Origin: the human T2T-CHM13v2.0 reference genome, Homo sapiens
Assembly (NCBI RefSeq): GCF_009914755.1
Contig: NC_060933.1
Direction: 5' to 3' (one strand)
DNA: 64,000 nucleotides
Made by a program: the position numbers and the translations under genes. Positions 57,328 through 64,000 of the stretch are shown here, piece after piece. Every line of letters begins with the position of its first letter. Position 1 is the first letter of the stretch. A model generated the notes under the pieces. That model was not told where the DNA came from. It did no database searches and saw nothing but the letters and a program-made list of their open reading frames with translations.

Positions 57328-57934
57328 GCATCATGTGAGATTGTGCTTAGAGGGACCTCCAGGTTGCAGTATCTTAACATGCTTGCTTCAAAGGAATGAC
57401 AGATACTTTTCTCCTACTATTTATATCTAACATCAAAGGGAAAGGCTCTGACTGGTCCAAGTTGGACTTCATGTCCATTCCTAGCTCAATATGTGTAATC
57501 AGAGGTCACACGATTGTCCAGGAATTAATCACAAGCTTGTCACTGTGGTGATATGACCTCCAGTGTAACAAGAACCATACTAGGTGGTGAATGGATTATT
57601 TCATAGAAGAAGCAGGACTGCTGCACATAGAAAAGAGATGACAAGATAATCTTCAGGAGAGAGCAATTATGTCTCTAAATGTTGTTATTAGTTTTATCTA
57701 TTAGAAGTTTCAAACAATCCCAGTTGTGTGGACACAGACATTACACAATTTAGGAAGGCAAACATAGGTAGGAGAGTACTATATTATAGTAGAGTACTAT
57801 ATTACTAACAATAACGTACATGCAAATATCACGTAATAGTTTTCAAAGTGATTTAATTAGTTTTGTATCCCTGTGAATTCAGGAGAGTGCTAAATATATG
57901 GTGGTGCAAAGTCTAAAGTTCCTGTCTTTAAAAA

Positions 57935-58135
57935 ATCAAAAGTAATGCCTTAGTATTTATCCTCTCTTGGACAAACAACTAAACTCTTCAGAACTTCATT
58001 TATGAATTGGGAGTAGTAATGGTTGTAACTTCATGGATTTGCAATTAAGATTGAGTAGGCAAATATATGCAAAGTGCTTTGAAATGTGCCTGACACATAT
58101 TAAGCACTTAGAAAAGTTTACCTATTATTATTATC
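57935..58135 (+). mobile_element. MIR SINE
   Basis: atatatgcaaagtgctttgaaatgtgcctgacacatattaagcact...ctattattatt is the MIR 3' end. Confidence 0.8.
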
Positions 58136-59179
58136 ATAATTATATTTGTGTCGACCTGATTTAATCACATGGCCTTGTTATCCTTGCCACATTGGATTGA
58201 AAACCAAAATCAGCTTGTTATCTAAAGACTGCCATTGACAGATTAGGGAACTGATACGCTTCTTTTACTAAGGTGTCTAGTGAAGTAAATCTTCCCAATA
58301 TATAGTGACTTTCCAGTCAGCCTCATATTCCCAAGAGGTTCTGAGTATAAAATTCACATAGATAATGTAGCAAATTTAGAAAGAATTATACAAGCAAGAA
58401 GAAAACAAGACCCAGAGAGAAGCTGAAGTACACATCGGAGGAGTCAGGAGAGTAGGAAAGAATTAATACTTAGTTCAGAGGGGATGACAAAACAATGTGA
58501 GTAACCAAACATATTGTAGATTTATTATTCAACTCCAAAATAAATTATAATTAATTTATCAGCTTACAAAACTGTTATATCCTTGCAATTAGCCCTTACA
58601 ACCTAAAGGAAAGAGGTTTTTGTTTCCTAAAATACTAAAAAGCCAAACTAACACTATTTCATTTGTTATCACAGTGACCAAGACACAGCCTAGTGATGGA
58701 GGATGAATACTATAGCCATATATCCATATTCTGAATATATCAATTTCTGATTACTCCCAAAAAGCCCCAAATTTTCTTTCACTTCAGAAAACCAAGGTCA
58801 TTAAGTTGATATTTACCCCACCAATGACTCATATATAAAAGTGTACACATATTCTTGGGAAGCTACAATCTGTAATTGTGTTGTTTTTAAATAAATGGGC
58901 ATAAAACATTTTAATTCAATTGCATTTGGTGATTTTGAGATTGCTTTCCTACAGCACACTCCTTTTTTTTCAGAGGAATACAGAAGCATTTTGGGAGAAT
59001 TATCTTCTACCCTGGAGATGGAACAGGACAGACATGACCTAGTGGTTCTTGGAGCAATATAAAAAGACAGAACTTCCCCAGGGCCATCCTGGTCAGCATC
59101 CACCTGCAGGAGTTGACCTACCAGGTTTACAATTTAAAAAAAGAGAAAGCAACACTTAGCCTGTATATATATATACACT

Positions 59180-59355
59180 TGAGGTATAGTGAATAGAGAA
59201 TGATATTAGAAGATAGAAGCCTGGCTATATTACTAATTACCTCTATCTCTGAGAAAGTAATTTAATCTCCCTGGTCTTCAATTTCCTAACTACTAATGAG
59301 ATGTGGTTGTAAAAGATTGTCTATAATAAACCCTCCAACTCTTCAAATCTGTAAA
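59180..59355 (+). mobile_element. MIR/MIR3 fragment
   Basis: gagaaagtaatttaatctccctggtcttcaatttcct core and ccctccaactcttcaaatctgt end. Confidence 0.55.
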
Positions 59356-60471
59356 TTAGCTTGTCAACCCCTGACATATCCAAATAAACCTGAAGAAGTT
59401 ATTATGCTGAGCACAGTTTTATTCCAGGGACTTGTTTAACTCAAGCAAGCAGTCATGTTCTGACTCTGGCGATTTTAAAAATTGATATATACACTCAGCT
59501 GAGATGTTGAGAGTTGAGTTACACATTGTATCATTGTTTGAAATGGGCATAGATTTCACAGTATTACATATTTCCAGTATTACACTGACACATTATACAA
59601 ATATGTAACTATTTATATATTTTATAAATTATTTCAAAAATTCGGGGAGTTTTAATTTGATATACTTTTGTAACTTGAGAAGAAAAGACCTTTTCTCTGA
59701 ATCAAGTTTTAGTTTTTTTTTTTTTTTTGGCTTCTTTGCTTTTCCCTACTAATTATTAAACTGGAAAAAAAAACTGTGCCTAGGTAAAATGAATAGTTTG
59801 GAGCTTACTTTATATGTTTTAGTTGCTGTGGAATTTCAACACATGTGTAATATGATTTTTCAATGGCAATATAAGACTTGAGTTTAAGTCCCAATTCGGC
59901 CTTTAGTATTTCTTTCCATCTGATAGCAGTCTCCTTTTTCTTACTAACAAGTTTCCTAAAGCAAAAGACAAACAACAAAAAAATTAGGGAAGTAAAGCTT
60001 AATGTTAGAAAGCAAAGGAAGGAATTACGTCAACAGAGTAGAGGGAAATCCATCACATTTAGCATTTCTTAGCTTTTCTCATGCACTTCTTAAACCCTCT
60101 TTATTTCGTGAGATCACCACCTGATAGTAAGTTTGGAGGTAGTCTTCTCCTCACTTCTTAGTATTCTTACAACCAGAATTGTGCTTCCATTGTTTTAACT
60201 ACAAAATCACATCTTGCAGCAGTTATATTTCTGAATTTTCACCACACTAAAATTTTACATTATTTGAAGGCACAAAATGGATCACATTTGTATTTGTATA
60301 TCCCAGCATGCTTCCTTAGTTAAAATTAAAACTCAATGAATATTTGTAAATCATATGAACCTGGAAGTCCAGAGGCTTAATTTTCTCTGTCGATATTCAA
60401 CTCTTTCTCAGAGTGTCTGACTCAGTTTAGAATAGAGAATATTTAATGGTTCATTTTGTGAGGCAGATTTA

Positions 60472-61420
60472 TGTACTTGTCAGCATTGCTTTGTAATAAG
60501 TAACCCCCAAAGCTTAGCTTGTTGCAATTATGGTCATTTCTTGCTCAATTCACATGACACCATCTGCAGTTCAACTATAACTGCTGCCCTTGCAGCTTTT
60601 GTAGGTAGTGCTTGGCACAGCTCCCAGTGAATTTTATCTCTGGAAAGAGGGCAGCCCTATTGTGAACATGCCAATTACCATAGCAAAAAGGAAGAAAGCA
60701 GGGCTGAGCTCAATCACAAAATGTAATTTCAAGTTTCTTCTTGAATGTGTCACTTTAGCTCATGTTCCATAAACAAAGCAAATTATGTGGCCAAGCCCAA
60801 AGTTAAAGAGGCAAAGATCTCACATGGCAATGAGTGTATTATATAATTCTATAACTGAAAAAAAAATGGAGTCAAAAATTGTCAAGAATGCAACAGAACA
60901 CTTTTCACACTCCTGGAGACAAATATTCATTTTCCTCCTTTTCATATTCAAAATATATATTTTCCTCACCTCCCCCCAAAGAAGGCACCATCACATTCTT
61001 ATGCCATCAGCTCATCAGGCTCAAAGTCAGAGGTCATGACCATCTACACAGAAGTTACAAATGTGGTTTATCTAAATATGGAGAAATATGGACTAAAAAG
61101 AGAAATTATTTTCCTCCACACACAGCCAATGCACATCAACAAGACAAAGGATAACCACAGTAAACATCTGCATTCAGAAAGGGAAAGAAAGGGAGGCAGA
61201 CAGATGTCATTGGTTCATAACAATTCCAAAGCCAGATAGCCCTTGTTCTGAAGGAAGAGAACATTGCTTTGTTATGCTCAAATTCATTTCTGAGAGAAGT
61301 AACCCCATACAAATATTGTTGGGGATCTTCGTTTTTCCATCTGAAGTATATCGTTTCTCATTACCCTTCCTGTGACTGTCCCAAGAGGATGATGATAAAC
61401 CTGTACTCCTAGAGGGCAGC
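60472..61420 (-). mobile_element. Old MLT1 LTR (to ~60890) plus adjoining MaLR internal sequence
   Basis: aaacaaagcaaattatgtggccaagcccaaagt (LTR); gtaaacatctgcattcagaaagggaaag...cattggttcataacaattc (MLT1-int-like). Confidence 0.55.
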
Positions 61421-61569
61421 AGAACTTCTGACTTTTTTTTTTCCAGTCTGTAAACATATGGGACATCAATTGATGGTTTACATGCCCAAAATCCCAACAA
61501 CATCTAATCCAGCCTGGAATTAAATTTGTCAGTATAAAGTCTCAAAAAAATAACAATGATTTATTTCTA

Positions 61570-62140
61570 TTATAGTCTCCCCTTATCCAAGGTTATGCTT
61601 TTCATGGTTGTAGGTTTCAGTAACCCCCAGGCAACCATTGTCTGAAAATATTAAATGAAAGATTGCAGGCAAACAACTCATAAGTTTAAAATTACACACT
61701 GTTCAGAGCAGAGTGGTGAATTCTCAAGTCATCCAGCTCCCTCCTGCCTGGGATGGGAATCCTTCCTGTGTTCAGCATATTCATGCTGTAGAAGCCACTC
61801 ACCACCCCTTAGTCATTTAAGTAGCCTTCTTGGTTATCTGTTAACTGTTGCGCTATCACAATGCTTATGTTCCAGAAACCTGTATCTTACTTAATAATGA
61901 CCCAAAGCGCAAGAGTAGTGATGTTGGCATATTGTTATAATTCTTCCGTATTATTGTGAGTTCTATTGTTATTTATTGTTGTTAGTCTTGTACTCTTCCT
62001 AACTTATACATTAAACTTTATCATAGGTATATTTTTATAGGAAAAAGCATTGTATATATAGGTTTTAGTACTATACAAGGTTTCAGGCATTCACTGGGGA
62101 TCTTGGAAAGCATGTCCCATGAATAAGTGGGGGACTACTG
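61570..62140 (+). mobile_element. MER44B-like (Tigger7-derived) DNA transposon
   Basis: TIRs tagtctccccttatcc / gaataagtgggggactactg followed by TA; internal cccaaagcgcaagagtagtgatg. Confidence 0.85.
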
Positions 62141-62149
62141 TATATTCGT

Positions 62150-62990
62150 TATGTACAGGTCAAATTTTCTAAATTAGTTTGTTAATAATGTATCATTTAG
62201 ATTTCTATGAAACAATTATGTTAGCTGTTTATAAATGTCAGCTTCATGCATTTCTTGCATTAATAGTCTATTTCTTTTTATTGCCTTCTTGCATTAGATA
62301 GGACTCTGGTCTGTGACAAGCAGAAATATTGATACTGGACACATATGACTTTTACCCCATTTTACAAGAAAAGCATTACATATTTTTCCAGTAACTTACG
62401 TTTTAGTTGTACAGTTTTTTGTTGTTGATGTGGTTTTTCAGATTAAAAATGTTCATGTCTATGCTTATTTTGCTGAGACTTAATTTTTATCATGCCCATT
62501 TGTTGAATTTTATCAAAAATGTTTCTGCACCTATTGAAAAAATAACTTGTTATTAAGTTGCATATTATATTGAATTACTAGTTGATGTTCAAGTATATTG
62601 CATTTTTCATTTATGTGATATTGTCACACATTGTATTATCTATACATGATGCAGTATAGTTTATGTATCATTGGATTTGAATGGCTAATAACTTGTTCAG
62701 GACTCCTTGGTTTATTCATGCAATTGTTTATTTAAACACTGTTCCGCAATTTTTCCTTTCTTACCTAGCTTTTTTTTTTTTGGTCAAATTTTATATGAAA
62801 ATTATGCTGGCCTCCTAAAATGAGTTGGCAAATGTTCCTCTTTGTTAGTTCTTTCTGAGTTTATGCAATTTTAGTGATATTTCTACCATATTTATTTGTA
62901 CAAATTTACTTGCAAACCATCTGAAATTGGAATTTGTTGTTTTTGGAAAGTGTTATTTAGAATTCAATTTCCTCATAATATTTTTTAGAT
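62150..62990 (-). mobile_element. Very old L1 ORF2 fragment, host of the second KRT18 retrocopy
   Basis: attatgctggcctcctaaaatgagttggcaaatgttcc is antisense of GTFANSF.EASII; ttgttgaattttatcaaa is antisense of FDKIQQ. Confidence 0.7.
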
Positions 62991-62991
62991 C

Positions 62992-64000
62992 TTTCTTTCT
63001 TTTTTTCTTTTCTTTTCTTTCTTTCTTTTTCTTTTGACACCCAGTGACCTCTGAACTTTTCATTGGCCTCATGCACCCTGCTTCTCCTGGCTTAATATCT
63101 CGGAACTTTGGTGTTGTTGGTCTCAGACACAACTTTGCCATTCACTATCTGGCGGGTGGCGTTTTGTATGGTTTGCATGGAGTTGCTGCTGTCCAGGGAA
63201 TCACCAAGATTGAAGTCCTCGCCATCTTCCAGCAGGTGGTGGTAGGTGGCGATCTCAGCCTCCAGCTTGACCCTGATGTTCAGCAGGGACTCGTACTCCT
63301 GCGCCTGGCGCTACCCCTCTGCCCAGGTCTGTGCCAGCTCTGACTCCAGGTGCAACAGGATCCCGTTGAGCTGTTCCATCTGCAGGGCGTAGCGGGCTTC
63401 CACCTCCCTCAGGCTGTTCTCCAAGCTGGCCTTCAGATTTCTCATCGAGTCCAGGTCTATCTACAAGGACTCGACTGTACATAGCAGCTCCGTGAGCGTC
63501 ACCTCAGCAGGTCCAACCTCAGCGGACTGCGTGGTGACCACTGTGGTGCTCTCCTCAATCGGCCGAGACCAGTACTTGTCTAGCTCCTATCGGTTCTTCT
63601 GAGCCAGCTGGTCATATTGGGCCCGAATGTCTGCCATGATCTTGGCAAGGTCCTGGATTTGGGGGCATCTGCGTCCACAGTTAACCCAGAGCTGCAATCT
63701 GGGCTTGCCGGCCTTTCACTTGCTCTTCGTGGTTCTTCTTCATTAAGAGCAGCTCCTCCTTGAGAGCCTCGAACTGTGTCTCCAGCTGCATCCGAGTGAC
63801 ATTGGTGCCATCCATGACCTTGCAGAGCCCATGGATGTCGTTCTCCACAGACTGGCGCATGACCAGCTCTGTCTCGTACTTGACTCTAAAGTCATCAGCA
63901 GCAAGTCCTGCATTGTCCATCTGCAGAACGATGGGGACATTGTCTGCAGTATTTGCAAAGATCTGAGCCCTCAGGTCCTGAATGGTCTTGAAGTAATGGC
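62992..64000 (-). pseudogene. KRT18: Second keratin 18 processed pseudogene, 3' part; 5' part lies outside the window (tentatively KRT18P36; number unverified)
   Basis: Minus-strand peptide DNAGLAADDFRVKYETELVMRQSVENDIHGL...MKKNHEEQVKG; no introns; TAA at 63092-63094; decayed signal AATGAA; A-rich tail 62992-63035; internal stops and a frameshift. Confidence 0.97.

Overview
AT-rich, repeat-dense primate (very likely human) intergenic DNA. I find no intact protein-coding gene, rRNA, tRNA or CRISPR. Main contents: (1) two KRT18 processed pseudogenes in tail-to-tail inverted orientation about 24.5 kb apart (37047-38435 on +; 62992 to past 64000 on -, cut by the window end); (2) a full-length ~6.16 kb L1PA3-type LINE-1 on - with a long TSD, dead ORF1/ORF2 and an open ORF0; (3) a near full-length old L1MA at the left end, interrupted by an ERV1 solo LTR and a (TA)n/THE1 composite; (4) nested MER52 in MLT2A2, other LTRs, one Alu, DNA-transposon relics (MADE1, MER58A, MER44, MER81), L2/MIR debris and microsatellites. 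Best observation: the two KRT18 retrocopies have different poly(A) addition sites and unrelated 3' flanks, which implies separate insertions, yet they share the same frameshift, the same premature stop and several substitutions. That points to gene conversion between neighbouring pseudogenes or retrotransposition from an already-dead transcribed pseudogene. From memory the arrangement resembles the KRT18P66/KRT18P36 pair at 9p21.1 (unverified). Repeat names and KRT18 comparisons rest on recalled consensus sequences, not on a search.
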